Source: a bacterium | Lineage (GTDB): Bacteria > Acidobacteriota > Blastocatellia > HR10 | Direction: 5' to 3' | Assembly: GCA_041640655.1 (NCBI GenBank) | Contig: JBEPZV010000010.1 | Coordinates: forward strand, 1-64,000 | DNA length: 64,000 bases | Part shown: one piece after another, positions 11,253 through 21,163 of the stretch | How positions within the stretch are numbered: the stretch's first letter is position 1 | Layout: each line of letters starts with the position of its first letter | Position numbers and translations under genes: made by a program | Notes under the pieces: model-generated | What the model was told of the DNA's origin: nothing | Database searches by the model: none | The model's input: the letters and a program-made list of their open reading frames with translations, nothing else

Positions 11253-13670
11253 ATGAGGTCCTTTTCCCTTTGGCTCATGGTCTTTCTGATGAGTTCGTCG
11301 GCCTGGCCCCGGTCTTCGAATTCGTCCGCACCGCCGAACGATTATCCCATCGCGGCCGTCTCATTCACCGACGTTCAACTGGAGCCGGGATTTTGGCAGA
11401 CGCGGATCGAGACGAATCGGATCGCGACTGTTCCACATATCCTGCAGCAATGCGAAGTGACCGGACGGGTCGACAATTTCCTGAAGGCAGCCGGAAAGAT
11501 GGCCGGGGACTTCGACGGGTGGTGGTTCAACGATTCGGATGTGTACAAATCTATCGAAGCGGCTTCCTACAGCCTCATGCTCCACCCCGATCCGGAGTTA
11601 ACGCGATACCTGGATGACCTGATCGCGAAGATCGCCGCGGCGCAGGAACCCGATGGGTATCTCTTCACCCCACGTCGAACGATGGCGCCGAATTATCGGT
11701 TCGCTGCCTCTGTGGGGCCGGAGCGGTGGTCGAGGCTGGGATCCAGCCATGAGTTGTACTGTTTGGGCCACCTCTTTGAAGCGGCCGTGGCGCATTATCA
11801 GGCGACGGGAAAGCGCGCGCTTCTGGAGGTCGCTCTGAAGAGCGCCGATCTCTTGGATCGCGTGTTCGGGCCCGACAAGAAGCGTGATGTCCCCGGACAT
11901 CAAGAGGTCGAAATCGGATTGATCAAGCTCTATCGGGTGACGCGGGACGAACGGTATCTCCGCCTGGCGAAATTCTTCCTCGATGAACGCGGGCGCCCCC
12001 ACGGGCGTCGGCTTTATGGGACGTACAGTCAGGATCATAAGCCCGTCATCGAGCAGGAGGAGGCCGTCGGCCATGCCGTCCGCGCCCTCTACATGTACAT
12101 GGCGATGGCGGACGTCGTCGCTGTGTTGCGCGATCCGGCGTATGCGCGGGCTTTGGACCGGCTGTGGGCGGATGTCGTCGGTCGGAAGATGTATGTGACG
12201 GGTGGGATCGGGGCCGCCGGAGGGCACGAGGGATTCGGCGCACCATACGAGTTGCCGAATCTCGTGGCTTATTGCGAGACGTGCGCGGCCATCGCTTTCG
12301 CCCTGTGGAATCACCGTATGTTCCTCCTCACTGGGGAGGGCAAATACGTGGACGTGCTCGAACGTGTCCTCTATAATGGGCTCCTCTCCGGCGCCTCGCT
12401 CGATGGGCGGACGTTCTTCTATCCGAATCCCTTAGAGTCGGACGGTCGTCACGCGAGGAGTCCCTGGTTCGCCGTCGCTTGTTGTCCGCCGAATATCGCG
12501 CGATTCTTATTCCAGGTCCCGGGGCTGGCCTATGCTCATCGCGGAGATCAGCTCTATGTCAATCTCTTCCTGTCCAGCCGCGCGACCATTCGCATGGCGG
12601 ATCAGACGGTCCGCATCCGGCAGGAGACGAGATATCCGTGGCACGGAGAGATCACGCTCATCTTCGAACCGGAGCGGCCAGGGCGCGCGTTCACTCTGCA
12701 GGTGCGCATCCCTGGCTGGGCGCGCAATGAGGCCGTGCCGAGCGATCTCTATCGCTTCGCCGAGACCGTCCGAGAGCGACCCATGATTCGGGTCAACGGG
12801 CGCTCGGTCGCCTACACCGTGGATCGCGGATATGCGACTCTACGCCGAAAGTGGCAAAAGGGAGATGTCGTGACGTTGACCCTTCCCATGCCGGTGCGAC
12901 GCGTGATCAGCCATCCCCAGGTCGAGGACAATATCGGAAAGGTCGCTTTGCAACGAGGACCCATCGTGTATTGCCTTGAATGGCCGGATGTCCCCGGAGG
13001 CCATGTCGTGAATTTGGTCCTGCCGGATACAGAACCCCTGCGTGCGGAATTTCACGAGGATCTGTTCAGGGGGATCTCCGCCATCCGAGGAATGGCCATT
13101 GGCCTTCGGTGCGTGGATGCCCAGGGGAGATTGCAGCGAGAACGTGTGCCCTTCCTGGCGATCCCGTACTATGCGTGGGCTCATCGCGGTCGCGGCGAGA
13201 TGGCCGTCTGGATCGCTCGGGTGGAGTCGGCGGCGCGCCCCTTGCCGTGTCCGACGATCGCCTTCCGAGCGAAGGCCAGCTCCTCCGGTGGCGATGCTCG
13301 GGCCTTGAACGATCAACGCGAGCCACGACATTCGGCGGATCGCTCGAACCGGTATCTTCACTGGTGGCCGCGCAAGGGGACGATCGAGTGGGTGCAGTAC
13401 GATTTCGAAGCCCCGACGCGCGTCTCCGCCGTTGAGGTCTACTGGTATGACGACACGGGTATCGGCGAATGCCGCATCCCGAAATCGTGGCATCTGCTCT
13501 ATCGGGAGAACGGGGAGTGGAAGCCGGTGAGGAATCCGAGCGGCTATGGGGTCGAGAGAGATCGCTATAACCGCACGACGTTCGATCCGGTGATCACCGA
13601 TGGACTTCGCCTCGTCGTCCAGGCGCAAGAGAACTTCTGCGCCGGGATCCACGAATGGCGCGTGTATTGA
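11253..13670 (+). CDS. Beta-L-arabinofuranosidase-like glycoside hydrolase, GH127, with signal peptide and a C-terminal discoidin/CBM32-like module
   Basis: DSDVYK, HELYC.GH, GHAVRA.Y, ETCA, CCPPN, QRGPIVYC, IPYYAW motifs. Confidence 0.88.
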   Translation: MRSFSLWLMVFLMSSSAWPRSSNSSAPPNDYPIAAVSFTDVQLEPGFWQTRIETNRIATVPHILQQCEVTGRVDNFLKAAGKMAGDFDGWWFNDSDVYKSIEAASYSLMLHPDPELTRYLDDLIAKIAAAQEPDGYLFTPRRTMAPNYRFAASVGPERWSRLGSSHELYCLGHLFEAAVAHYQATGKRALLEVALKSADLLDRVFGPDKKRDVPGHQEVEIGLIKLYRVTRDERYLRLAKFFLDERGRPHGRRLYGTYSQDHKPVIEQEEAVGHAVRALYMYMAMADVVAVLRDPAYARALDRLWADVVGRKMYVTGGIGAAGGHEGFGAPYELPNLVAYCETCAAIAFALWNHRMFLLTGEGKYVDVLERVLYNGLLSGASLDGRTFFYPNPLESDGRHARSPWFAVACCPPNIARFLFQVPGLAYAHRGDQLYVNLFLSSRATIRMADQTVRIRQETRYPWHGEITLIFEPERPGRAFTLQVRIPGWARNEAVPSDLYRFAETVRERPMIRVNGRSVAYTVDRGYATLRRKWQKGDVVTLTLPMPVRRVISHPQVEDNIGKVALQRGPIVYCLEWPDVPGGHVVNLVLPDTEPLRAEFHEDLFRGISAIRGMAIGLRCVDAQGRLQRERVPFLAIPYYAWAHRGRGEMAVWIARVESAARPLPCPTIAFRAKASSSGGDARALNDQREPRHSADRSNRYLHWWPRKGTIEWVQYDFEAPTRVSAVEVYWYDDTGIGECRIPKSWHLLYRENGEWKPVRNPSGYGVERDRYNRTTFDPVITDGLRLVVQAQENFCAGIHEWRVY

Positions 13671-13721
13671 GTTGAGACGATACTGTTCGTGGGCGATGAA
13701 AGCGATCGAGGAGGCATTCCG

Positions 13722-14852
13722 ATGCGGATCCGGGTCTTTCTTCTGGCTTTGCTCCTGGGAGCGCCGGTGGGAGGCGGTGATCGAAGAGGCTCGGCGATGG
13801 TGAGGAAGGAATTCTTCGGGAGGACGCCGGAGGGGGAAGTGGTGGACCTCTATACCCTCACCAATTCCAAGGGCATGGAGGTCAAAATCACGAACTATGG
13901 GGGGATCGTCGTCGCCCTCCGTGTCCCGGACCGGCAGGGTCGGTTCGAGGACGTCGTTCTCGGATTTGACCGCTTGGAGGATTATCTGAAGGGGCATCCC
14001 TACTTCGGAGCCATCATCGGTCGGTACGCGAATCGAATCGCGGGCGGGCGCTTCACATTGAACGGCGTCTCGTATCAACTCACGCTCAATGAGGGGCAAA
14101 ACCATCTTCATGGGGGGCAGAGGGGATTCGATAAAGTCGTCTGGAAGGCGCGACCGGTGCGGTCGGCGCAGGGCGTCGGGGTGAGGCTCACTTACCTGAG
14201 CCGGGATGGGGAAGAGGGGTATCCGGGGAATCTCTCCGTCACCGTGACGTACCTTCTGACAGAGGAGAACGAGTTGCGAATCGAGTACGTCGCCACGACC
14301 GATCGCGACACGATCATCAACCTCACGCACCATTCGTACTTCAATCTGGCGGGACAGGGCCGCCGGGATATTCTCGAGCATCTGTTGCAAATTAATGCGG
14401 AGTATTTCACGCCGATTGATGCGAATCTGATCCCGACGGGGGAGATCCGCTTCGTGCGCGGGACGCCATTTGATTTCACCAGACCGACAGCCATTGGGGC
14501 TCGGATCGAGCAAGAGGATGAGCAATTGCGGTTTGGTCGCGGGTATGATCATAACTGGGTTTTGAGCGGTCCGCCGGGCACGGTGCGCTTAGCCGCTCGC
14601 GTCGTCGAGCCCGGTTCAGGGCGTGTCCTGGAAGTGTGGACGACCGAGCCCGGCCTTCAATTTTACTCCGGGAATTTCCTCGATGGGACGATCACGGGGA
14701 AAGAGGGCCGGGTCTATAGGCACCGGTATGGCTTCTGCTTGGAGCCACAGCATTTTCCCGATTCGCCCAATAAGCCGCATTTCCCTGCTGTCGTTCTCCG
14801 GCGGGGCGCCCGGTACCAGACAACGACGGTGTACAAATTCTCCGTACAGTGA
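13722..14852 (+). CDS. galM: Aldose 1-epimerase (mutarotase) with predicted signal peptide
   Basis: GRYANRI, NHLHGG, NLTHHSYFNL, GYDHNW, QFYSGN, CLEPQHFPD motifs. Confidence 0.92.
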   Translation: MRIRVFLLALLLGAPVGGGDRRGSAMVRKEFFGRTPEGEVVDLYTLTNSKGMEVKITNYGGIVVALRVPDRQGRFEDVVLGFDRLEDYLKGHPYFGAIIGRYANRIAGGRFTLNGVSYQLTLNEGQNHLHGGQRGFDKVVWKARPVRSAQGVGVRLTYLSRDGEEGYPGNLSVTVTYLLTEENELRIEYVATTDRDTIINLTHHSYFNLAGQGRRDILEHLLQINAEYFTPIDANLIPTGEIRFVRGTPFDFTRPTAIGARIEQEDEQLRFGRGYDHNWVLSGPPGTVRLAARVVEPGSGRVLEVWTTEPGLQFYSGNFLDGTITGKEGRVYRHRYGFCLEPQHFPDSPNKPHFPAVVLRRGARYQTTTVYKFSVQ

Positions 14853-14956
14853 TCGGGTGTTCCTCAAGAGGGCGTCGCTTCGTCTCTTCTCCGGACGGAG
14901 CGCATGATCCTCTGGCGTCAAGCGCGTCCATCCTTTTTCGCCACCGGATCATGCTG

Positions 14957-14965
14957 TGTTAAAAT
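14957..14965 (+). promoter_or_regulatory. Extended -10 promoter element (TGtTAAAAT) for the ETF-QO gene
   Basis: TGnTAAAAT about 30 nt upstream of ATG 14995. Confidence 0.4.
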
Positions 14966-14994
14966 CCCCAATCTCTCTGGAGGGGAGCGAGGCG

Positions 14995-16683
14995 ATGAGC
15001 GAACGCATCGAGTTCGACGTGTTGTTCGTGGGAGCCGGTCCGGCGAGCTTGAGCGGAGCGTTGCACCTGGCGAACCTCATTCGGCGGCATAATGAGCAGG
15101 TCGAAGCGGGGCGCCTTCGGGAGCGGCGATTAGATGTCAGCATCGCGGTCATTGAGAAGGGCCGAGAGGTGGGAGCGCATATTCTCTCGGGCGCTGTTCT
15201 CGATCCTCGCGCTCTTCGAGAGTTGGTCCCGGACTTCATCGAGCGCGGGGCGCCCCTCTCGACGCCGGTCATTGAGGATCAGGTGTGGTTCCTCACGCGG
15301 CGCAGGAAGATCGCGACGCCGATCATTCCTCCACCGCTGCGCAATCACGGGAACTACATCATCTCCCTCGGTCAGTTTGTGCGGTGGTTGGCCAGCTTGG
15401 TTGAGCAGGCGGGTGTGGACATCTTCCCGGAATTCCCCGGTGCTGAGTTGCTCATTGAGGATGGAGCCGTCGTCGGCGTGCGCACGGGAGATCGAGGGGT
15501 GGATCGCGCTGGCCGGCCGAAGGGGAATTATGAGCCGGGCGTCGAAATCCGCGCGAAGGTGACGGTCCTTGGGGAGGGGGTTCGGGGATCCCTGGCGAAG
15601 GTCCTCATTGAGCGCTTCGGCTTGCAGGCTGGGAAGCAGCCGCAAGTTTATTCCTTGGGAATCAAGGAGTTGTGGGAAGTCGAGCCGGGACGCGTGGCCC
15701 CAGGGACGGTCATTCACACGCTCGGATATCCGCTGGATGCACGAACCTTTGGCGGAGGATTCCTCTACGCGGGAGCGGATCGCCTTGTGAGCGTGGGGTT
15801 AGTCGTCGGGTTGAGTTATGAGGACCCGTGCTTGGACCCACACCGGCTCTTCCAGCAGTTCAAGACGCATCCGGAGGTGGCGCGCATCCTGAGGGGAGGG
15901 AAGCTCATTCGGTATGGAGCGAAGGCTCTGCCCGAAGGGGGGTATTATTCGATCCCCCGCCCGTATGTGGGCGGGGCGCTTCTGATCGGCGACAGCGCCG
16001 GATTTTTGAACTCGCAGCGCTTGAAGGGGATTCACCTCGCGATGAAGTCGGGGATGCTGGCAGCCGAAGCGATCTACGAGGCCTTGCGAAAAGACGATTT
16101 CTCCGAGCGACAGCTCGCTCGCTATGAGGAGCTGATTCGAACGAGCTGGATTCACGAGGAACTCTATCGGATTCGGAATTTTCATCAGGCGATGGAGCGT
16201 GGGTTGTGGTCAGGTCTCCTCCAAGCCGGGCTTCAAATGCTGACCGGAGGACGCGGATGGAGGGATCCTCTTCCGGCCATCGCCGGGCATGCGCGGATGC
16301 GGAAGCTGGCCGAGTTCCAGGGGAGGCGGGAGACGGGATGTCCGCCTTCGGAGTGGAAGCCGGATGGCGTTTTGACCTTCGACAAGCTGACCGATGTGTA
16401 TTATTCGGGAACCTCCCACGAGGAGGACCAGCCGTGTCACCTCAAGATCGCCGATTTCGACATCTGCCACACGCGGTGTCCGGTCGAGTACGGGAATCCC
16501 TGCGAGCGCTTCTGCCCGGCCCATGTGTACGAGATGGTGCCGACTCCGGATGGGCGGAAACGCCTGCAGATCAATGCGTCCAACTGCGTCCACTGTAAGA
16601 CGTGCGACATCATGGATCCCTATCAGATCATCACCTGGGTGCCTCCGGAAGGCGGCGGCGGGCCAAATTACCTCATCCTGTGA
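14995..16683 (+). CDS. Electron transfer flavoprotein-quinone oxidoreductase
   Basis: VGAGPA FAD motif, GAHILSGA, KGIHLAMKSG, C-terminal CPAHVYE and NCVHCKTC Fe-S motifs, PPEGGGGP. Confidence 0.93.
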   Translation: MSERIEFDVLFVGAGPASLSGALHLANLIRRHNEQVEAGRLRERRLDVSIAVIEKGREVGAHILSGAVLDPRALRELVPDFIERGAPLSTPVIEDQVWFLTRRRKIATPIIPPPLRNHGNYIISLGQFVRWLASLVEQAGVDIFPEFPGAELLIEDGAVVGVRTGDRGVDRAGRPKGNYEPGVEIRAKVTVLGEGVRGSLAKVLIERFGLQAGKQPQVYSLGIKELWEVEPGRVAPGTVIHTLGYPLDARTFGGGFLYAGADRLVSVGLVVGLSYEDPCLDPHRLFQQFKTHPEVARILRGGKLIRYGAKALPEGGYYSIPRPYVGGALLIGDSAGFLNSQRLKGIHLAMKSGMLAAEAIYEALRKDDFSERQLARYEELIRTSWIHEELYRIRNFHQAMERGLWSGLLQAGLQMLTGGRGWRDPLPAIAGHARMRKLAEFQGRRETGCPPSEWKPDGVLTFDKLTDVYYSGTSHEEDQPCHLKIADFDICHTRCPVEYGNPCERFCPAHVYEMVPTPDGRKRLQINASNCVHCKTCDIMDPYQIITWVPPEGGGGPNYLIL

Positions 16684-16791
16684 GCGGGTCCCAGGCTCCG
16701 GGTCAAAAAAAGGGGGGAGCTTCGGAGCTTTTCTGGACTTCCCTCTTCAGGCGGTTTCGGGTAAACTTATGCTTACAGCGAATGTGAGGTC

Positions 16792-17592
16792 ATGGTGGCG
16801 AAGGCCTTGACGATCGCGGGCTCGGATTCCGGTGGAGGAGCAGGGATTCAAGCGGATCTGAAGACCTTCACGGCGCTTCGGGTGTACGGGCTCTCGGTGC
16901 TGACGGCGATCACGGCGCAGGACACATGTCAGGTGGCTGGGGTGATTGAGTTGCCAGCGGATTTCGTCCGCCTGCAGCTAGACGTGGTCATGCGCGACAT
17001 CGGAGCAGATGCGGCGAAGACCGGGATGCTCTCCAGCCCGGAGATCATCGAGGTGGTGGCCGATGGGGTACGGGAACATCGGATCGAGCGCCTGGTCGTG
17101 GATCCGGTGATGCGGGCGAAGTCTGGGGATCGCCTTCTGCGCGCGGAAGCGGAGGAGGCACTGGTTCGGCGCTTGCTCCCGTTGGCGTATCTGGTGACAC
17201 CGAATATCCCGGAAGCAGAAGCGCTTGTCGGGTGGCCGATCCGATCGCCCGAGGACATGAGGAAAGCAGCGCGACGCATCTTCGAACTGGGGCCGCGGGC
17301 GGTGCTCATCAAGGGGGGACATCTCGACTCCGGGCCGGAGGCGGTGGACATCCTCTATGACGGGCGGGAGTTTCACGAGGTCGTGGCCGAGCGCATCCTG
17401 ACGCGGAATACGCATGGGACCGGGTGCACATATTCAGCCGCGATTACGGCCTATCTGGCGAGAGGTGAGGGTCTGCTGGAGGCGATTCGTCGAGCGAAGC
17501 ACTATGTGACGATGGCGATCCGGTACGGGTTCCCCATCGGCCGAGGACATGGTCCGCTGAACCACTTCTGGAGAGAAGGCGAGGCGGGATAG
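16792..17592 (+). CDS. thiD: Hydroxymethylpyrimidine/phosphomethylpyrimidine kinase
   Basis: LTIAGSDSGGGAGIQADLKTF, DPVM, TPN, KGGH, HGTGCT motifs. Confidence 0.95.
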   Translation: MVAKALTIAGSDSGGGAGIQADLKTFTALRVYGLSVLTAITAQDTCQVAGVIELPADFVRLQLDVVMRDIGADAAKTGMLSSPEIIEVVADGVREHRIERLVVDPVMRAKSGDRLLRAEAEEALVRRLLPLAYLVTPNIPEAEALVGWPIRSPEDMRKAARRIFELGPRAVLIKGGHLDSGPEAVDILYDGREFHEVVAERILTRNTHGTGCTYSAAITAYLARGEGLLEAIRRAKHYVTMAIRYGFPIGRGHGPLNHFWREGEAG

Positions 17593-17744
17593 CGCGCAGA
17601 TCGCCCACCTGAGAGACTGCCGAGCGAACGAACGTCCGCGCAGCGGACCGCGCCCGTGGAGTGAGGGCATCGTCAAGAATATGCGAACCTCGAGGACGAG
17701 GGATCGCATCTAAGAAGGTGGAGTCCACAATGAGGGGAAAGACA

Positions 17745-18599
17745 ATGGTCGCCAAGGTCGCCAAACAGGAAATCGCTTTGAACTTGCCGCGTCGCCCGAC
17801 GACGGTCGAGCGATATTTGAAGATCGTCAAATTCGCGCTCGGCCGCGATCGCGATGTCGAGGCGGTGGCGAAACACTTCGGGTGCTCCCCGGCGACGGTG
17901 CTCAATGCCATCCGCGCGTTCGGGGTGACCTATGATCAAGTGCGGCGGCGGCGCACGCTCCCGCAGTTGAAAGTGGCGGAGGAGTACATTAAACTCGAAC
18001 GGCGCTTGAGCGAGCGGGATCAAAAGATCATCGAGATGTACAACAGTTCGGAGGCGCCGACGCTGGAGCAGATCGGGCGCGCCTTCGGCTTGACGCGCCA
18101 GCGCGTCCATCAGATCCTGAAGAAGGCGAAGGCGCTCGGGGTGAAACTCGTCGAGCGCAAGACGCCTCCGGAGGGTCATTGGATCGAGCGGTGTCAGCTG
18201 TGCAAGCGGCTCCTCCAGCTTCAGGAGGAAGAGCCCTTGCTGACGCGTCGTCAGATCGCCGCGCGATTGGACATCCCCATCTGGGTCGTCCATTGGCACT
18301 TGAATCGGTTGAAGGCGCGCGGGCTCGTGAAGCGGCATTTCGGATATTTCCGGAGCGAGCGCTTGATCGAGGCCATCAAGCTCTACAACAGTGATCCAGA
18401 GGTGAGCGCGTGGAAGCTCGGGCGAATGCTCGGATACAAGAACTTGCCAGGCATCTTCTGCGAGTTGGAGAAGCGCGGCTTGGGGTATTTGCTGCGTCCC
18501 CGTCGGCAGCGTTCAGCGGGACGACGTCGAACGTCTCAGGCGGGAACGGTGATTGATGCCAAGCAGGCATTCGGTCAACGGCGTGAGGGGAAGCGGTGA
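17745..18599 (+). CDS. Multi-HTH DNA-binding protein containing a sigma70 region 4-like domain (alternative start at 17730)
   Basis: LSERDQKII...TLEQIGRAFGLTRQRVHQI (sigma70 r4-like) plus further HTH-like segments; basic. Confidence 0.7.
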   Translation: MVAKVAKQEIALNLPRRPTTVERYLKIVKFALGRDRDVEAVAKHFGCSPATVLNAIRAFGVTYDQVRRRRTLPQLKVAEEYIKLERRLSERDQKIIEMYNSSEAPTLEQIGRAFGLTRQRVHQILKKAKALGVKLVERKTPPEGHWIERCQLCKRLLQLQEEEPLLTRRQIAARLDIPIWVVHWHLNRLKARGLVKRHFGYFRSERLIEAIKLYNSDPEVSAWKLGRMLGYKNLPGIFCELEKRGLGYLLRPRRQRSAGRRRTSQAGTVIDAKQAFGQRREGKR

Positions 18600-18832
18600 C
18601 TGTCGCGGTGACGCGCACGGTGCAGCGCGGGGGGAGGGTTCGGTGACTCCGGGGAGGCCTCCTGGGAGAGCTCGATCGCGCGTGCATCGGCCGCGAGCTG
18701 CGGTGTCACGATCTCGCGCGCGTCTGGGCGTCGGGCAGCTGTGATCCCCTCCCTCCCGGCGGTCGTCCGAAGGGTGAACTGTTTCCGTTTGCTGGCGCGA
18801 GGGTGTTGACCGGCGATCCGAGGGAGGCGAGG

Positions 18833-20224
18833 ATGGAGAAGCTCTGGGGAGGACGGTTCCGCGAGGCGTTGGATCCGGAGTTCGCTCGCTTCAACGCCTC
18901 GTTCCCCTTTGATCGCCGGCTCCTTCGCGCGGATATTCGCGCCAACGCCGCCTATTGCCGCGCCCTGCGGCGAGCGGGTGTGCTCTCCGAAGATGAGGAG
19001 GCGCGGATCCTCGAGGGATTGGAACGTATTCTCGAGCGCGCGGAACGAGATCCCGGCTATCTGGAGCGTTCCTCTGCGGAGGATGTCCATGGGTTCGTCG
19101 AAGCGCGCCTGGCCGAGCTGATCGGGGAGACGGCTTATAAACTCCGCACTGGACGAAGTCGGAACGATCAGGTCAGCACGGACCTGCGGCTCTATCTCCG
19201 TGAACAGTGCGATCTTCTGCTTGAGGAGCTTCTGCAGTTGCAAACGGCCTTGCTCGATCTGGCCGAGCGATATGCGGACGTCGCGCTCCCCGGGTACACG
19301 CACCTGCAGCGCGCCCAGCCCATTGTGTGGGCGCATTATCTGCTCGCGTACTTCGAGATGTTCGAGCGCGACCGGGAGCGGGTGCGCATCGCGCGCGCGA
19401 GGGTGAACGTGCTCCCCCTCGGCTCAGGAGCGCTCGCGGGGACGAACTTCCCCATTGATCGAGAATGGTTGGCTCGGGAGTTGGGGTTCGAGCGCGTGGC
19501 CGGCAATAGCCTCGATGCCGTGAGCGATCGCGACTTCGTCCTCGAAGTCATCTTCGCCGCCGCCCTGCTGCAGATGCACCTCAGCCGCTTGGCCGAGGAT
19601 TTCATCCTCTATGCCACTTCGGAGTTCGGATTCCTGACGCTCGGCGATGCCGTCGCCACCGGGTCCTCGCTCATGCCGCAGAAGAAGAATCCCGATGCCC
19701 TGGAGCTCATTCGGGGCAAAGCGGGGCGCGTCTTCGGTCATCTCATGGGCGCGCTCACGATGATGAAGGGCTTGCCGCTGGCGTACAACAAGGACATGCA
19801 GGAGGACAAAGAGGCCGTCTTCGATGCGCTCGATACCGTGCGCGCCTGCGTGCGAGTGGCGACGGTGGTGCTCCGACATGTGGAGCTGCGGCCGGAACGC
19901 ATGACTCAGGCGGCACTCGAGGGGTACACGAACGCGACCGAGCTGGCCGACTACCTCGTGCGAAAGGGCATGGCCTTCCGCCATGCCCATGAACTCGTCG
20001 GGCGCATTGTCCTCTATGCTGCTGAGAAGGGGAAGGGCTTGAATGAGCTTTCGCTGGAGGAGTATCAGCGGTTTGCTCCTCAAATCGAAGGGGATGTCTA
20101 TGACGCCCTCTCGCTCGAGCGCGTGCTGGCTTCAAAGCGAACGATCGGCGGGACGGCTCCGGAGCGCGTCCGCCTCGCCCTCTGTGAAGCGCGAGAACGC
20201 CTGCAGGGGCCTCACGGGGGATGA
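18833..20224 (+). CDS. argH: Argininosuccinate lyase
   Basis: KLWGGRF, GRSRNDQ, PGYTHLQRAQP, GSSLMPQKKNPD, YNKDMQEDK. Confidence 0.97.
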   Translation: MEKLWGGRFREALDPEFARFNASFPFDRRLLRADIRANAAYCRALRRAGVLSEDEEARILEGLERILERAERDPGYLERSSAEDVHGFVEARLAELIGETAYKLRTGRSRNDQVSTDLRLYLREQCDLLLEELLQLQTALLDLAERYADVALPGYTHLQRAQPIVWAHYLLAYFEMFERDRERVRIARARVNVLPLGSGALAGTNFPIDREWLARELGFERVAGNSLDAVSDRDFVLEVIFAAALLQMHLSRLAEDFILYATSEFGFLTLGDAVATGSSLMPQKKNPDALELIRGKAGRVFGHLMGALTMMKGLPLAYNKDMQEDKEAVFDALDTVRACVRVATVVLRHVELRPERMTQAALEGYTNATELADYLVRKGMAFRHAHELVGRIVLYAAEKGKGLNELSLEEYQRFAPQIEGDVYDALSLERVLASKRTIGGTAPERVRLALCEARERLQGPHGG

Positions 20225-20235
20225 CTGGGGCTCGC

Positions 20236-21126
20236 TCAGACGGCGCTGATCATCGTTCCAGACCCCGCATCTGTGAAGAGCTCTTGAAGCAGAGCGTTTC
20301 GCCGACAGCCGTTGATGATGTGCACAGTCGTTTGTCCGTGCGCGAGCACGCGCCGGATCGCATCGGCTTTCGGGAGCATGCCTTCTGTGAGCCGTCCGCT
20401 GGCGAGCAGCTCCTCGAGCTGCGCGAGCGTCAGGCGTGAGAGCTTCGTCGTTGGATCGCCCCTCTTGAGGAAGATCCCATCCACATCCGTCAGGAGGATG
20501 AGCTTCTCGGCTTCGAGCGCGATGGCCAGCTCCGCCGCCAGAGTATCGGCGTTGATGTTGAAGATGTTCCCTTGATCATCGGCGGCGAGGCAGCAGACGA
20601 CCGGGAGATACCCGTTCTCCAGAAGAAGTTGCAGGAGTTGGCCGTTGACGGTTTCGATATCGCCGACGTGACCGTAGTCGATCGTCTGCTCGCGCCCTGT
20701 GGCGGGGTCCACAAGGCGTTGAGGCTGCCGGCGGCGGGCGCGAACGAGATAGCCATCGAAGCCTGTGAGTCCGACCGTGGGGAGTCCCGACCGATGCAGA
20801 GCAGCCGCCACTTCGGTGTTGATCTTCCCAGCGAAGATCATCTTCGCGATCTCCAGCGTCTCATCATCGGTGATGCGCCGTCCGAGGACGACGCGCTGTT
20901 CGATGCCCAGGCGTTGAGCCAGATGCGTCACCTGATTTCCGCCGCCGTGCACGACGACGATCCGAATGCCCACCTGATGACAGAGAGCGATCTCCTCGGC
21001 CAGCGATTGCCGCGTCGCCGGATCCTCGGTGACCTTCCCGCTCAACTTCACGACGAAGGTCTTTCCTTTGAATTTCTGGATGTATGGGAGTGCTTCGCGC
21101 AGGAGCTCCAGGCGATCGTAGGTCAT
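20236..21126 (-). CDS. argB: N-acyl(acetyl)glutamate kinase
   Basis: EALPYI, VVKLSG, VHGGG, GRRITD, NINAD, LTDVDG, GMLPK; in the arg operon. Confidence 0.9.
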   Translation of the reverse strand: MTYDRLELLREALPYIQKFKGKTFVVKLSGKVTEDPATRQSLAEEIALCHQVGIRIVVVHGGGNQVTHLAQRLGIEQRVVLGRRITDDETLEIAKMIFAGKINTEVAAALHRSGLPTVGLTGFDGYLVRARRRQPQRLVDPATGREQTIDYGHVGDIETVNGQLLQLLLENGYLPVVCCLAADDQGNIFNINADTLAAELAIALEAEKLILLTDVDGIFLKRGDPTTKLSRLTLAQLEELLASGRLTEGMLPKADAIRRVLAHGQTTVHIINGCRRNALLQELFTDAGSGTMISAV

Positions 21127-21163
21127 CGTGCGTTCCTCTCCTTCCCCGCGCATCCTCGTCCTC

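Noticed and set aside
16684..16791. Possible TPP riboswitch upstream of thiD
   Set aside because: No CTGAGA or other TPP aptamer landmarks; only a short AGCT-TCGG-AGCT hairpin with a T-run that may be a weak terminator.
17606..17660. CTGAGA downstream of thiD resembling a TPP aptamer core
   Set aside because: Wrong side of the gene and the remaining conserved elements are missing.
18600..18832. GC-rich intergenic stretch with GGGGGGAGGG/CCCTCCCTCCC complementarity, considered as an ncRNA
   Set aside because: Low-complexity pairing is expected at this GC content; no recognisable RNA family features.
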